Shown: piece after piece, positions 28,799-38,842 of the stretch
Layout of the letters: every line of letters starts with the position of its first letter
Position numbering within the stretch: position 1 is the first letter of the stretch
Program-made: the position numbers and the translations under genes
Notes under the pieces: model-generated
What the model was told of the DNA's origin: nothing
Seen by the model: only the letters and a program-made list of their open reading frames with translations
Database searches by the model: none
NCBI GenBank assembly: GCA_938030835.1
Contig: CALHID010000243.1
Span: 1 to 51,290, forward strand
Length of the DNA: 51,290 nucleotides
Reading direction: 5' to 3'
DNA from: an uncultured Actinomyces sp.
GTDB lineage: Bacteria; Actinomycetota; Actinomycetes; Actinomycetales; Actinomycetaceae

Positions 28799-29354
28799 AC
28801 GTAGGGTCAGAAACCGCTTCAGCAATGGCAATACCCAACGTCTGAGCCTCATCCCACGTCTGAAGCACCCTCTGCCACAAGAACTCAGGCAGATAACCGC
28901 GAAGCTCTGCGGCCTCGGCTTCAGTCAGATTCTTCTTAGACTCGCCAGTGGCATTGTCGATAACTTCAACACAAGCCTGAGCGACAATGTACTCCATCAA
29001 GCGGTCTTCACGCTCAATGGCAATAATCGCCTTCTCGTCCTCGTTCTTGTTCTTTGTGGAGAAGAACGTGTCTTCCCAGACCTTGCGCTTCAGAACATTA
29101 AGTTCCTTGTTTGAGAGCGCACGCAGACGAAGAGTGATTGACTGCCTACGAAGTTCCTCGATCTCTTCGGTCAGTTCGACACCGGGCGCAGTGTCGGTAA
29201 TCGAACGAGACATAGGAGCCTCGTGCAACTGAGCAGTCTTAGCCAACTCAATTAGCTCCACATAACGCTCAGCGTCCTCCAAGTTTAGGGGGATGTCGAT
29301 AGCCTTCACGGAAGGCTTGATAGTCTGGATAATCTTAGACAGCTCAAAAGCCAT
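28728..29354 (-). CDS. Tail assembly chaperone (gpG-like)
   Basis: Between the major tail and tape measure genes. Confidence 0.8.
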   Translation of the reverse strand: MAFELSKIIQTIKPSVKAIDIPLNLEDAERYVELIELAKTAQLHEAPMSRSITDTAPGVELTEEIEELRRQSITLRLRALSNKELNVLKRKVWEDTFFSTKNKNEDEKAIIAIEREDRLMEYIVAQACVEVIDNATGESKKNLTEAEAAELRGYLPEFLWQRVLQTWDEAQTLGIAIAEAVSDPTFRGDGTVETGEPVDAASSEDGEG

Positions 29355-29377
29355 GATGTCTACTCCAATCAGATATG

Positions 29378-29418
29378 AGAATACCCCCGCACCTCGGAGG
29401 TACAGGGGTATTCTAGCA
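29378..29418 (-). terminator. Hairpin after the major tail gene overlapping TGC-TAGAAT extended -10
   Basis: AGAATACCCC...GGGGTATTCT inverted repeat. Confidence 0.55.
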
Positions 29419-29425
29419 GAGTTGA

Positions 29426-29971
29426 TCAGGCAGTGACAGCCTTATTCAACTCCATATAGCCTTGCGGCAAGAAGGGCACCTCAAACTGGATGGGCTTATC
29501 CCCATCCCCGAGCACGTCCTTCGGATTGTCGGGAACAACCTTGAAGGCCGACAGCTCTTGACCGGCTTCAACAGGGGTGCCCTGTCGGAAGCCGATACGC
29601 TGGACCAGGTAGCCTTCCTTAATGCCGTCAAGCGTGCCACGCTTGAACAACTGGTAAGCCTTATCATAGACGGAGGTGTTACCCGCCGCCTTCTGACCAG
29701 CCGCGATAGCCTCACGGAAGAACGTGAGAGAAGCCTCGTAGTTCGAGATCGTCGGGGTCTTCGCGTTACCCGAATCGCAAATGGTACGCGAGTCATCCGT
29801 GTCCGAGTCCGTCGCGCCGAGCGTCATACCCGCCGCGATAGCGCACGAAATGTCAACCGCCTTCGGCGTGCCACCAGTGTAGGTAGCAGCCTTAAACAGG
29901 TCGGCAACGTTAGTAATGGCATCAGCCGGAACCCACCAAACGGTGGTGTTCGGAGACAGCATCTTGGGCAT
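29426..29971 (-). CDS. Major tail protein
   Basis: Size and position; AVDISCAI, YLVQRIG patterns. Confidence 0.8.
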   Translation of the reverse strand: MPKMLSPNTTVWWVPADAITNVADLFKAATYTGGTPKAVDISCAIAAGMTLGATDSDTDDSRTICDSGNAKTPTISNYEASLTFFREAIAAGQKAAGNTSVYDKAYQLFKRGTLDGIKEGYLVQRIGFRQGTPVEAGQELSAFKVVPDNPKDVLGDGDKPIQFEVPFLPQGYMELNKAVTA

Positions 29972-30159
29972 CAGTATTCCTCCTTGTGGGAAACGATATC
30001 GTCATATTCAATGGTATCATCCTCGCCGCAACACTTGGCCTGTGTAATCGGCGTATTGTCATCGACAACCTCATACATGTCTGGCAGAACAGCCAGCTCA
30101 TCTTCAGTCTTGTCGCAGACAATATTGGTAAAAACATTGCGCACGCGCAATTCACTCAC
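29971..30159 (-). CDS. Small hypothetical virion-module protein
   Basis: Coupled overlaps on both sides. Confidence 0.6.
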   Translation of the reverse strand: MSELRVRNVFTNIVCDKTEDELAVLPDMYEVVDDNTPITQAKCCGEDDTIEYDDIVSHKEEY

Positions 30160-30568
30160 CCCTATCCAGGTTGACGTAAAAACTCATGCTATGTTGATAA
30201 ACCGTAGGCCGCAACATGGAATCGTAATCGCTATCAGTACCCACCGATGCAGCGATATTCACCCCATTAGACCCTTCAACCAACACAGCACCAATGAGCT
30301 TCTCTTTTACAACCGACACAAGCCGATTGAGAAGTTTCTTATTCACAGCGAACACGTCCACCGTGAAAGGATGCTCATACACATCCATAGTGTGACCACC
30401 AAGCGACACATACTCGTCCAACTGACGATTGATCTCAGCGCCGCCGTGATAAACAATATAGAGAGGCACCTTCGTATCACGCGAAAAAGAATCGAAAACC
30501 TCGACATCCTTGATCGTGCGCAAAAGAGCCAGACAAGCCTCGTCAAACTCTAAAGTCCTATCCGTCAC
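30152..30568 (-). CDS. Tail terminator
   Basis: Position; PLYIVY motif. Confidence 0.65.
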   Translation of the reverse strand: MTDRTLEFDEACLALLRTIKDVEVFDSFSRDTKVPLYIVYHGGAEINRQLDEYVSLGGHTMDVYEHPFTVDVFAVNKKLLNRLVSVVKEKLIGAVLVEGSNGVNIAASVGTDSDYDSMLRPTVYQHSMSFYVNLDRGE

Positions 30569-31044
30569 TTCAGCCTCCCATAAAACTCTTCACGGAACAC
30601 AGCCGTCACACGAGGCAAATACTTAGCCGGGGTAATACCCTTCCCCTTGTCGCCGCCCGTAGGCTTACCACGCAAACCAGAGCGCAAATAACCAGAAGTG
30701 CGCTGGCTGTACGTACCATTCTCCTGCCACGCATAGTACGGCTTAGCACGGTCCCAACGATGCCAACCGATCTCGACAACCTTCCCGCCCTTAGAAGCAT
30801 CAACACGGAAAGCATCACGCATATAGCCAGTATCGACACGGCGCGGGTCTGTCGCAATCAAAGCACGCCCATACTCAGTAGAAGCGACAGCCGCAGCCTT
30901 AGCCGCAGCATCAACCTTCTTCCAAGCAGCGTCAATGATCTTCTTCTTCGCCTTAGCAGCAACACCATACCTGTCGGTATCGACAGTCACCTTAATACCA
31001 GCAACACGACCGTCATACCGTACAGTCTTCTTAGTCCTAGCCAT
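30565..31044 (-). CDS. HK97 gp10-like neck protein
   Basis: RVDTGYMRDA, YYAWQENGT, ITPAKYL. Confidence 0.75.
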   Translation of the reverse strand: MARTKKTVRYDGRVAGIKVTVDTDRYGVAAKAKKKIIDAAWKKVDAAAKAAAVASTEYGRALIATDPRRVDTGYMRDAFRVDASKGGKVVEIGWHRWDRAKPYYAWQENGTYSQRTSGYLRSGLRGKPTGGDKGKGITPAKYLPRVTAVFREEFYGRLK

Positions 31045-31528
31045 TAGCAGTCTCCCCCGTTGCCACATCACACAAAAGCGTCACCTGCCAGTTCAGTGTA
31101 TCAACCTGAGCGTTACGCACAACCAGCTTCAACCCCGCAACCCGTGGGTCAGTCGGCATTTCCTCTACTTGGATGCGCATACCCTCAGCGAACGACACAC
31201 GCGCATCCGGGTTGCCCCACAAATCACGTGAAAAAACCTCGTTCTTGTCAATATGCAAAAGCTGCACACGATACGCATGAACACCTGTGACCGTGCCAGC
31301 CCATTCACGATTACGGGCACGCCAGTCAACGTTAGGCGTGATATTCGCCCAACCCTTCCACACAGGGTTGTTATACTCAAGCGACAAACCAGCCTCATCA
31401 GACCAGTCATACGATACTGTGTCAGGCTCCTTGAAGATGCTCACCTTCGTATTCGCCAACAACTGAAGCGGATAATACGAGGCATACATGAACAAGGGGT
31501 GGATGTTCGGGTCAATCGATAAGCCCAT
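31037..31528 (-). CDS. Head closure (stopper) protein
   Basis: Position; beta-rich. Confidence 0.6.
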   Translation of the reverse strand: MGLSIDPNIHPLFMYASYYPLQLLANTKVSIFKEPDTVSYDWSDEAGLSLEYNNPVWKGWANITPNVDWRARNREWAGTVTGVHAYRVQLLHIDKNEVFSRDLWGNPDARVSFAEGMRIQVEEMPTDPRVAGLKLVVRNAQVDTLNWQVTLLCDVATGETANG

Positions 31529-31914
31529 TAGAAGTTCACCACCCAATCCACAGGCTCAAACGTTGGCTGCACAACATCAAAGCAGAGGTTATTTACCTCA
31601 TCTTCCTTCGCTTGAGCACGCAACTGCCGAGCACGACCGACAATCGCAGCCAGCAGCTTAGCACCATCCGTCTGCTTGTCGTCCGTCTTCAAGACAAGCA
31701 ACTGCAAAGCCTTATCCATGCCGATAGTGTCACACGCATCGGCAGCAGCCAGCTTCACGTTACCGCCGTTAACAGCGAGCAAAGCCTCAATCTCTTCGTC
31801 AGCGAAAAGATAACGCGGCTCATTCCTCAAGTCACGCAAGTCCTCCAACTTACGCAAATCAGGAATAAGGACACGCACCTGTCCGATGGGGGAAGAAAAA
31901 TCAATCTCGCTCAT
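31528..31914 (-). CDS. Head-to-tail adaptor
   Basis: IGQVRVLIPD...LFADEEIEALL...AAADAC. Confidence 0.75.
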   Translation of the reverse strand: MSEIDFSSPIGQVRVLIPDLRKLEDLRDLRNEPRYLFADEEIEALLAVNGGNVKLAAADACDTIGMDKALQLLVLKTDDKQTDGAKLLAAIVGRARQLRAQAKEDEVNNLCFDVVQPTFEPVDWVVNF

Positions 31915-31920
31915 AAAACC

Positions 31921-31972
31921 AGTATAGCAAGACCCCCGCAGCCAAAGGCCGCGAGGGTCTTACTCAATCAGC
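31921..31972 (-). terminator. Capsid operon terminator followed by TGC-TATACT promoter (leaderless start at 31914)
   Basis: AAGACCCTCGCGGC..GCTGCGGGGGTCTT; -10 lies 6 nt before the ATG. Confidence 0.65.
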
Positions 31973-31979
31973 TAACTGA

Positions 31980-33122
31980 TCACATAGACGGATTACCAGT
32001 CGAGCCGATAATACCGTCGTAGCGGACGATGCCAGCACCCGCGATCTGTCGAATACGAACTTCGACATCATCGTTGTCGAAAGAACCCTCATAGGGGTTA
32101 ACGTCGCCGCCACCGATCATCTGGCCGGTCTTGTTGTGGATACGAAGCTCCGGGGCCTCACGACCCAGCATACCCGTCTTCGCAATGACAGTCTTACCAT
32201 TGGCACGACCACCCTTCGGAAGAAGAACCCACGCATTCTCCCCACCAACAACAGAGATCAGGTCGGAAGTAACGACCTCCAAGTCCTTCAGAGGGTTGCC
32301 CTTGATCTCAGTGCGCTTACCATTCTGGACACGAATCTCGTTAATCTGAGTGTAGCCCTTAGCAACCTCAGCGAGAGCAGGGTTAGTGACCAACACGAAA
32401 CCCTCGGGGACATAAGTCGAGTGACCGTCGCGCAGAGTAGCGAGTGCCTGGAACCGTGCAGCAACAATCACATCGAACGACAGTTCGTGATTATTACCAG
32501 AGGTACCCAAACCGCCAGCACCGCCAGTGATCTCAGCAGGCAGACCATCGACCCTAAACTCGGTCTTGTTAGTGGTGTTAAACACGTCCTTGCGAAGAGA
32601 CTTAGTAGCGGGGTCAAACAGCTGAAGGAGGACCAGCAAGTCCTCAGTACGCGCAGCGAGAGCAGCAGCATCCTTCGGGAAACGGCTAATTACGTTCCAC
32701 TCGTCATTAATAAACGACTCGAAGCTGAACTGGATGCGCGCGCCGTGCTTGGCGGTCGTGATAAACGCACCATCGGCACTATAGGACATGGTCGGGTAAG
32801 GGGTCAGCTCCGGCACATGAGGCAGCGTGCCCACAGGGTGCTGATAACCACCATTGTCGATAGGAGCCGTAGTAGCGTCAGGCTTCAGCGACAGAAGCGA
32901 AGCAGGACGGAAGTCCGTCAACAGCTCCTTCGTCGCAATCTTGTCCCAAATCGTCTCATGAGCATCGAAATACTCCTGGAAACGAACGTTCGCGGCCTTC
33001 ACGAACATAGGTGCCAGCTGATCAGAGGTGACAGCCTCCTTCAGGCGCGCCTGCGCGAGACGGTCGCCTGCAAGGGCCTCACCCAGCTGGACGTTGAACT
33101 CTTCCTGGTTCTTGAAACGCAC
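31980..33122 (-). CDS. Major capsid protein
   Basis: 380 aa; AGGAGG RBS; KHGARIQFSFESFINDE. Confidence 0.85.
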   Translation of the reverse strand: MRFKNQEEFNVQLGEALAGDRLAQARLKEAVTSDQLAPMFVKAANVRFQEYFDAHETIWDKIATKELLTDFRPASLLSLKPDATTAPIDNGGYQHPVGTLPHVPELTPYPTMSYSADGAFITTAKHGARIQFSFESFINDEWNVISRFPKDAAALAARTEDLLVLLQLFDPATKSLRKDVFNTTNKTEFRVDGLPAEITGGAGGLGTSGNNHELSFDVIVAARFQALATLRDGHSTYVPEGFVLVTNPALAEVAKGYTQINEIRVQNGKRTEIKGNPLKDLEVVTSDLISVVGGENAWVLLPKGGRANGKTVIAKTGMLGREAPELRIHNKTGQMIGGGDVNPYEGSFDNDDVEVRIRQIAGAGIVRYDGIIGSTGNPSM

Positions 33123-33137
33123 TTTAGTTGCCTCCTA

Positions 33138-33620
33138 TCAGGCGTTCTTAGCAGGTGCAAGAACGACCTGCATCTTCTGGGGGGTGGCAGACGCAGCAAG
33201 AGGCTCCTTCAGCCAACCGATAACAACATCAGCACCGGCCTTAACGGTCGTAATCTCAGGCTTCACACCTGCACCAGTCGCAGCCTTCGCGTACACAGGC
33301 GCACCCACCTTCGCAGCGGCAACAGACTTGCCGACAAGCTCAAACACGCCGCCAGCGACACGCACAGAGGCGTAGCCGGGGCCATTCAGACCATACGTAG
33401 GGGCCACTAGCACATCAGTAAGAGCCTGCTCAGCCTTGTCAGTCGTAGGACGAACCTTCGACTGAAGGATACCAGCAATACCGTTGTCCTTGTTGATGAC
33501 AACAACGTCGCCAGGCTCAAGATGAGCCTGCGTGGCATCGACAGGGAGGGAGAGAGTCTTGGAATACTCAAAAATCTGGTTGTCCTTGACAACCGGAACA
33601 CGGATAGCGTTGACTGCCAT
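33138..33620 (-). CDS. Capsid decoration or cement protein (DUF2190-like)
   Basis: Between scaffold and capsid; GVFEL...VGAPVY pattern. Confidence 0.65.
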   Translation of the reverse strand: MAVNAIRVPVVKDNQIFEYSKTLSLPVDATQAHLEPGDVVVINKDNGIAGILQSKVRPTTDKAEQALTDVLVAPTYGLNGPGYASVRVAGGVFELVGKSVAAAKVGAPVYAKAATGAGVKPEITTVKAGADVVIGWLKEPLAASATPQKMQVVLAPAKNA

Positions 33621-33625
33621 TATGC

Positions 33626-34498
33626 TCACCAACCAATCTTTCCGAAAGTGTCTTCGTTCTTTTCGACAACAGGGGTGGCAGTCGCAGCGACAGCCTCCTT
33701 CAGATACGCACGCTCAGCCTCAAGAGCAGACTCGACATCCGCACCCTTCTTCACAGCCTCACGAACACGCGTGACAGCCGCATCCGGCAGACCGGACTCG
33801 GCAATCTTCTTACCGGCCTCAAGGACAGAATCAACATCCACGGATGCCTCTTCGACCTTCTCAGCCGGTTCCTCTGCCTTGGCTTCCTGAATCGCGGCCA
33901 CAGCAGACTCTAGCTTAGAGCCGATAGCTTCAACAAGAGAAGCGATCTCACCCTTCAGCTCATCGAACTTGGACTCAAGCAGCTTTTCGTCCACAGTTCC
34001 CTCCTTAATAGAATTGTTGTTCCTATTTGATTCTAGCAGATCAACAATGCCACCACCCGCACCAGGCGCGGTAACAAAGTCAACCGACCTAACGCCAGCA
34101 AAAACAGGAACAACACCTGTTTCCGCAATTGGCTGGTCGCACCAAGCATTAATGGAAACACCAATATATTCCCACTTATCCTTGATTAGCTCGTTAACAC
34201 CAGAGAACACCTTACACACAGTGTAGAGTGCCCCATCCTCACCAACTGTCGCGTCTTCAAGAAAGACACCAGCATAGTCACGAATAGAACGCTCCGGGCG
34301 CTCCCATTCCTCGGACTCAGTTGGGTGGTCTATAAACATTTCCGTGCCAGCCTTAAACAGGTGAGCAGACTCAGCCAAGTTCTCAGCAGTGTAAATACCA
34401 CTAGAACCCTGGCCGGGCACGATAATTCTGATTCGGTACTTTCCCTCACCAAGAGACTCAGTACCGATAGCGCTCGTGGACTCATGCAGCTTAGGCAT
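33626..34498 (-). CDS. Prohead protease/scaffold
   Basis: FIDHP, IGVSINA, SVDFVTAPGAGG; acidic helical C-terminus. Confidence 0.8.
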   Translation of the reverse strand: MPKLHESTSAIGTESLGEGKYRIRIIVPGQGSSGIYTAENLAESAHLFKAGTEMFIDHPTESEEWERPERSIRDYAGVFLEDATVGEDGALYTVCKVFSGVNELIKDKWEYIGVSINAWCDQPIAETGVVPVFAGVRSVDFVTAPGAGGGIVDLLESNRNNNSIKEGTVDEKLLESKFDELKGEIASLVEAIGSKLESAVAAIQEAKAEEPAEKVEEASVDVDSVLEAGKKIAESGLPDAAVTRVREAVKKGADVESALEAERAYLKEAVAATATPVVEKNEDTFGKIGW

Positions 34499-35843
34499 CG
34501 GTCCCTCCATTATCTCGATTGTCGTTAGTACCATCAGACAACGGGCCTACACCCGTTGCGCGTCCGTCCTCGTTGTCCTTTGCTGCCGAGTCTTCTTCGC
34601 CCTCGCCCTCGTCCTCATTCTCACCCTCATCGGGTAGGGCAGGCAAATCTTCCAACGGCAAAGAACCAGCAATCTTCAAGAGCTGCAACACACCGGAACG
34701 CATTTCAACCTGATGCAAAGCACCATTCTGGAACGCCAACGTCAAAGACTGAATACGGCGGTGCGTCTGATCATTATTGATCGAACCGTACTCGATCTGC
34801 ACCTTAATACCTAGAGCCGCAGCAATCTCATTCAGCATGTCGATATGGAGTTGACGGCGCAGCTCCAACGCCTTAAACGTCGGGTCTTCAAGCGCAGTCT
34901 CAGCACCCTGGCGACCGCCCGCAGAACCATCCGTCAACAACACCGACAGGGGGATGTCGAGCGCAGCCGACACCATAGACGCAAGAGGCGTACCAGCCGA
35001 GAAATCAATCCCAGCGCCAGCCTTGTTAATTGCCTGAATATCCTGCCCAGCACCAATGTTCGCAGTGCCACCGACACCGGGACCAGCCATACGCTGCTGA
35101 ACGGCCTGTTGCTGCTTAGAATTAACGCTCGTTGCCTTGAAGGCCAGCTTAGCGAGAGACTTCTCCATGAGGTGTGCGACCTCAAGATGCTCCTTGTACT
35201 TCTGTGCATACGACATAGCGCTCATGAGATCAGGCTTACCGTACTGTTCAGCAGCAAGGCGATTCACGGTCGCATACACAGCCGTCAAGCGCTTGTTCAC
35301 CTTGTAGTTAGTCTTGGTGATCTTCACGCTCACGCGGTCCCACAGCATGTACCACTGAGGCTCACCACTTACGACAGGGTTGATCAGGAGCGCAACGACA
35401 TCACCTGTCGCATCATCAGTAGCCACACCAGCAAGGCGCATCAACGGAACAGGTGTAACAGTCTTTGTCGCCTTATCCACAAGATAAATGACGCAACCGT
35501 CAGTGTTGAAAGACTGCTCATCACGAACACGCGCCTGCACACTGAAACAAGCCTTCGCGTTTTCCTCGATTACCTTACGGGAGGGTCCAGTAGAACACTT
35601 GTAGACAACAGGGTCGCCCCACATGTAAGCGTTACGTACAACCAAGCCACGCTTCACAATAGGGTTAAGAGTAGCCAAACGGCGCGCACGCGCCGAATGG
35701 TCCCTAATCACATCAAGAGTAATCAGAGAATCAGGGCCTTCGACAGCAGACAAAGGCAACCAGCCCGCATCTTCTCGCTTGAGACGCGCTAGGGTATCAG
35801 AAAAAGACCCTAGCGCTTCTTGGAATGTCTGCTCATACTTCAT
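34491..35843 (-). CDS. Portal protein
   Basis: Follows TerL; YGKPDL motif; TGA-TAGGAT lies 7 nt before the ATG. Confidence 0.8.
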   Translation of the reverse strand: MKYEQTFQEALGSFSDTLARLKREDAGWLPLSAVEGPDSLITLDVIRDHSARARRLATLNPIVKRGLVVRNAYMWGDPVVYKCSTGPSRKVIEENAKACFSVQARVRDEQSFNTDGCVIYLVDKATKTVTPVPLMRLAGVATDDATGDVVALLINPVVSGEPQWYMLWDRVSVKITKTNYKVNKRLTAVYATVNRLAAEQYGKPDLMSAMSYAQKYKEHLEVAHLMEKSLAKLAFKATSVNSKQQQAVQQRMAGPGVGGTANIGAGQDIQAINKAGAGIDFSAGTPLASMVSAALDIPLSVLLTDGSAGGRQGAETALEDPTFKALELRRQLHIDMLNEIAAALGIKVQIEYGSINNDQTHRRIQSLTLAFQNGALHQVEMRSGVLQLLKIAGSLPLEDLPALPDEGENEDEGEGEEDSAAKDNEDGRATGVGPLSDGTNDNRDNGGTDA

Positions 35844-35856
35844 GCTAATTATCCTA

Positions 35857-37365
35857 TCACGCTAGAAATACAGACAACTCTTCCTCGAACATGAAGTCCA
35901 AGAGGTCATCTTCTTCTAGTAGATCATCAGGTGAATAGTACTGACCTTCTGAATCACCGGCCATAATGGCTCCAATATTCTGGTACGCATAAATGACAGC
36001 ATCAAGAACGTCAGGCGACTTAATGCCACGCTTGCGCATATTTTCCTTCGATTCGATGAGCATTGCTGACCCACGATACTCGTACTTAATCGAAGCAATT
36101 TCATTGTGGAGTTCATCGTCATCGGGCAGGAAGACACGACCATCAGCGACAGCCTTAGCGAACTGATCGTACATAGCGGCGCGATAGTTGTACCACTTAG
36201 TGCTATCACCGGACTTCGCGTTACCGTGAATACCAATGACAGAAATGTCAGCGGGCACGAAATTGTAGATACTATCGAGAACGGATGCGCCAACACCGAT
36301 AGCGTCAATACGAATCTCGACAGCCCCGAGTTCGACTGCCAGCTCACCAACCTTACGGGCAAGCTCAGGACCGTTCAAGCCTTGGTAACGCCCATGAATC
36401 TTGATGTAACCGCCTTGGTTCGACACAATCACTGAGCTGTCGGACCCATAACGGGCAACGTCAACACCGAGAACAATCGGCATACCCTCGTCAGGTTCAG
36501 AAGTGTCGTAAGCCTCCATCGACTGCATGACGCGGCCCATGTTGAACAGGCCGTCGTCAGACACGTCTGGGAACTCACCGAGGACACGCGCTACGAAACG
36601 GGGGTCATCCTCGCCCCATTCCTTCTTACGTGCCTCAACCCAGTCAACCTGCACAAGACGAGTCGCAACCTCGACAGGTACGACCTCACCCGTGAAATTA
36701 GGCGTGTCGTACGCGCCGAATTGGATGATGTTCCAGGAGCGCTCTTCAGGCTTCAGGCGCATCTCCCGCTTGAACACCTCGGCCATGTAGCACGACGGGT
36801 CGTTAGGGTTAGCAATAGCCAAGATGCGTGCATACTTGTTGGTCGTAATTGCGTCAGCAGCGGTGAAGATTTCCTTGGAGATACCACCCGCCTCGTCCAT
36901 AATCACTAGGACGTACTGGTCGTGGACACCTTGAAAACCCGACTCGTCCTTATCGTCCGGCTTCATACCGAAAGCGATAGGGTCTTGTCGGTCTCCCATC
37001 TTCCATGTTGCGTCGGCGTTAACCTTGCCACCAATACCAGCATCGGCCTTGACACGAGGAATCTCTTTCCACAGAACGTTGCGGACCTGTTTCCAGTTTG
37101 TCGCCGTTGTGACGACTGTCGTGTCATCGACAGGATGGGTGTCTACCCACCAGTTGACAAGGGTAGCTGACAAACGTGACTTTCCCACACCATTGCCAGT
37201 AACCACAAGGGTTTTCTGGTGTTCAACAACAGACTGTGAAACTTCACGCTGCTTCGACCACATAAACAGGCCGTGGTCTTCAGCCCACTTGGCAGGGTTG
37301 TTACGCCACACTTCAAGACGCTGGGCATCAGAAAACTTCTTAGCGACAGCACCGAAAGGCAGCAT
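35857..37365 (-). CDS. terL: Terminase large subunit
   Basis: GNGVGKS Walker A, VIMDEAG Walker B, LGVDVARYGSD nuclease. Confidence 0.92.
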   Translation of the reverse strand: MLPFGAVAKKFSDAQRLEVWRNNPAKWAEDHGLFMWSKQREVSQSVVEHQKTLVVTGNGVGKSRLSATLVNWWVDTHPVDDTTVVTTATNWKQVRNVLWKEIPRVKADAGIGGKVNADATWKMGDRQDPIAFGMKPDDKDESGFQGVHDQYVLVIMDEAGGISKEIFTAADAITTNKYARILAIANPNDPSCYMAEVFKREMRLKPEERSWNIIQFGAYDTPNFTGEVVPVEVATRLVQVDWVEARKKEWGEDDPRFVARVLGEFPDVSDDGLFNMGRVMQSMEAYDTSEPDEGMPIVLGVDVARYGSDSSVIVSNQGGYIKIHGRYQGLNGPELARKVGELAVELGAVEIRIDAIGVGASVLDSIYNFVPADISVIGIHGNAKSGDSTKWYNYRAAMYDQFAKAVADGRVFLPDDDELHNEIASIKYEYRGSAMLIESKENMRKRGIKSPDVLDAVIYAYQNIGAIMAGDSEGQYYSPDDLLEEDDLLDFMFEEELSVFLA

Positions 37366-37952
37366 TACTCACCCTCAACTTCTACAGTCGCCTCAAGCAA
37401 CGCAGCTGGTTTCGACACAGCCTGAGAGAACCAATCAGCCTTGTTTGTCTCCAAAGCCTTCTTAGCCCCAGCCGACAGGTGCGGGTACATGAGAGCTGTG
37501 TACTCTTCCAACACCTGATTAGTGAACGACAGCATGATGTTTACTTGCTTCTCTTCGATCACACGAATCTCATGAGTCACAGTCTGACGCTTCAGGTTCG
37601 CAACCTCAGAGATTTCACGCAGAACAGCAAGAACAGCCTGAAGGTTCTGCCCCCAGTTGCCCTTCTCGTCCGCAAGACCAAACATCTCGATCTGGCTGTA
37701 GGCCATGTCAACAAGCGCATCAAGACGATCAAGCTGCTTGATGCGCATATTACGAGGCGACAATTCCTGTCGGCTGTCATAATACGACTGCTCAATGACG
37801 AACAGCTCTTCAGATGTGAAGCCTGTCGCCTGAATGATCTTGTTACGCTCCGTGCCACGTTTCAGCAGCGACAAAGCCATGTCGCGCTTGCCACGCAGCT
37901 CCGGGTCATCACTCGTCAGCAAATCGCGCGAGTTCGTCTTGGATACCATCAA
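37365..37952 (-). CDS. Probable terminase small subunit
   Basis: N-terminal HTH-like segment; directly upstream of TerL. Confidence 0.6.
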   Translation of the reverse strand: MMVSKTNSRDLLTSDDPELRGKRDMALSLLKRGTERNKIIQATGFTSEELFVIEQSYYDSRQELSPRNMRIKQLDRLDALVDMAYSQIEMFGLADEKGNWGQNLQAVLAVLREISEVANLKRQTVTHEIRVIEEKQVNIMLSFTNQVLEEYTALMYPHLSAGAKKALETNKADWFSQAVSKPAALLEATVEVEGE

Positions 37953-38061
37953 GCACCTCCTTCACAGCCTTCTGAAACTTGTTGTCCAAGTACACGTAAG
38001 TACAAGCAGCACCGGCAATCAAGCCAGCAGCGAGACCAACCAAAAACCAGGCAATGAGCAT
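37909..38061 (-). CDS. Small membrane protein
   Basis: GGAGG RBS; one TM segment. Confidence 0.65.
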   Translation of the reverse strand: MLIAWFLVGLAAGLIAGAACTYVYLDNKFQKAVKEVLDGIQDELARFADE

Positions 38062-38303
38062 TAGTCCTCCTTTGGAACGGAAGGCAAGTCTTCTACCTTC
38101 ACACCGGCCTGAACAGCCGCAACACGCACCGCATAAGCATGTTCCTTCCACAGGAACGCTTGCGTACGCAAATCAGCTTCAAGATCATCACGGGCTTCTT
38201 GAATCTCTTGAGCCTTCTTGTAACGATCAATGCACAAATCAATAATAGCCTTGATAACAAGGGTTACGGCAGAGCAAATGAGACCCACCAATGCCGTGTT
38301 CAT
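38061..38303 (-). CDS. Membrane protein with coiled coil (lysis cassette)
   Basis: N-terminal TM; AAGGAG RBS. Confidence 0.7.
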   Translation of the reverse strand: MNTALVGLICSAVTLVIKAIIDLCIDRYKKAQEIQEARDDLEADLRTQAFLWKEHAYAVRVAAVQAGVKVEDLPSVPKED

Positions 38304-38317
38304 ACGCTAACTCCTTG

Positions 38318-38782
38318 TTACTCACTAACGGTTGACAAGTATTCTTCCCTTGTCTTATTGTACCGTTCTTCTGCCTCTTCCAGCTTGCTCTTCGGCAGAA
38401 CTCCAGGGCGATACGAGTAAGGCCACACACGCAGAGCACGCGCAAAGAAAAACAATCCAATGATTACTGACAAAATAATAACATGGAGTGGCCAACGCAC
38501 ATGTGCCGTGGTCAGCACAAGTTCGTTAATAGAAATCAGCATAATTCCGAGCACGGCGACAAGTGCAGCAGGGCCTTCAAGCCACCAAGAACCCAACCAC
38601 GCTGAAGGCGCACCCAAAACACCAGAAACCAGCATCAGCAACGCGGCGAGGATAATCACCCACGGCAAGGAATCATAGCTTGTCAGGAACCCAAGGCCAG
38701 TAAGCGAGATAGCAGTGTAAATAACTACCATCACCGCCGTCACTGACCGTGGTTCAGTCATAGTACCAAGTAGCTTCTTCAT
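38318..38782 (-). CDS. Four-TM membrane protein (lysis cassette, holin-like)
   Basis: Four hydrophobic helices; TATAAT 6 nt before the ATG. Confidence 0.7.
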   Translation of the reverse strand: MKKLLGTMTEPRSVTAVMVVIYTAISLTGLGFLTSYDSLPWVIILAALLMLVSGVLGAPSAWLGSWWLEGPAALVAVLGIMLISINELVLTTAHVRWPLHVIILSVIIGLFFFARALRVWPYSYRPGVLPKSKLEEAEERYNKTREEYLSTVSE

Positions 38783-38796
38783 GAGGCCATTATAGC

Positions 38797-38832
38797 GAAA
38801 ACCCCCTCACTGACACCAGCAAGGGGGTTTTC
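38797..38832 (-). terminator. Intrinsic terminator after the holin
   Basis: GAAAACCCCCT...AGGGGGTTTTC. Confidence 0.75.
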
Positions 38833-38842
38833 AATTGTTATG

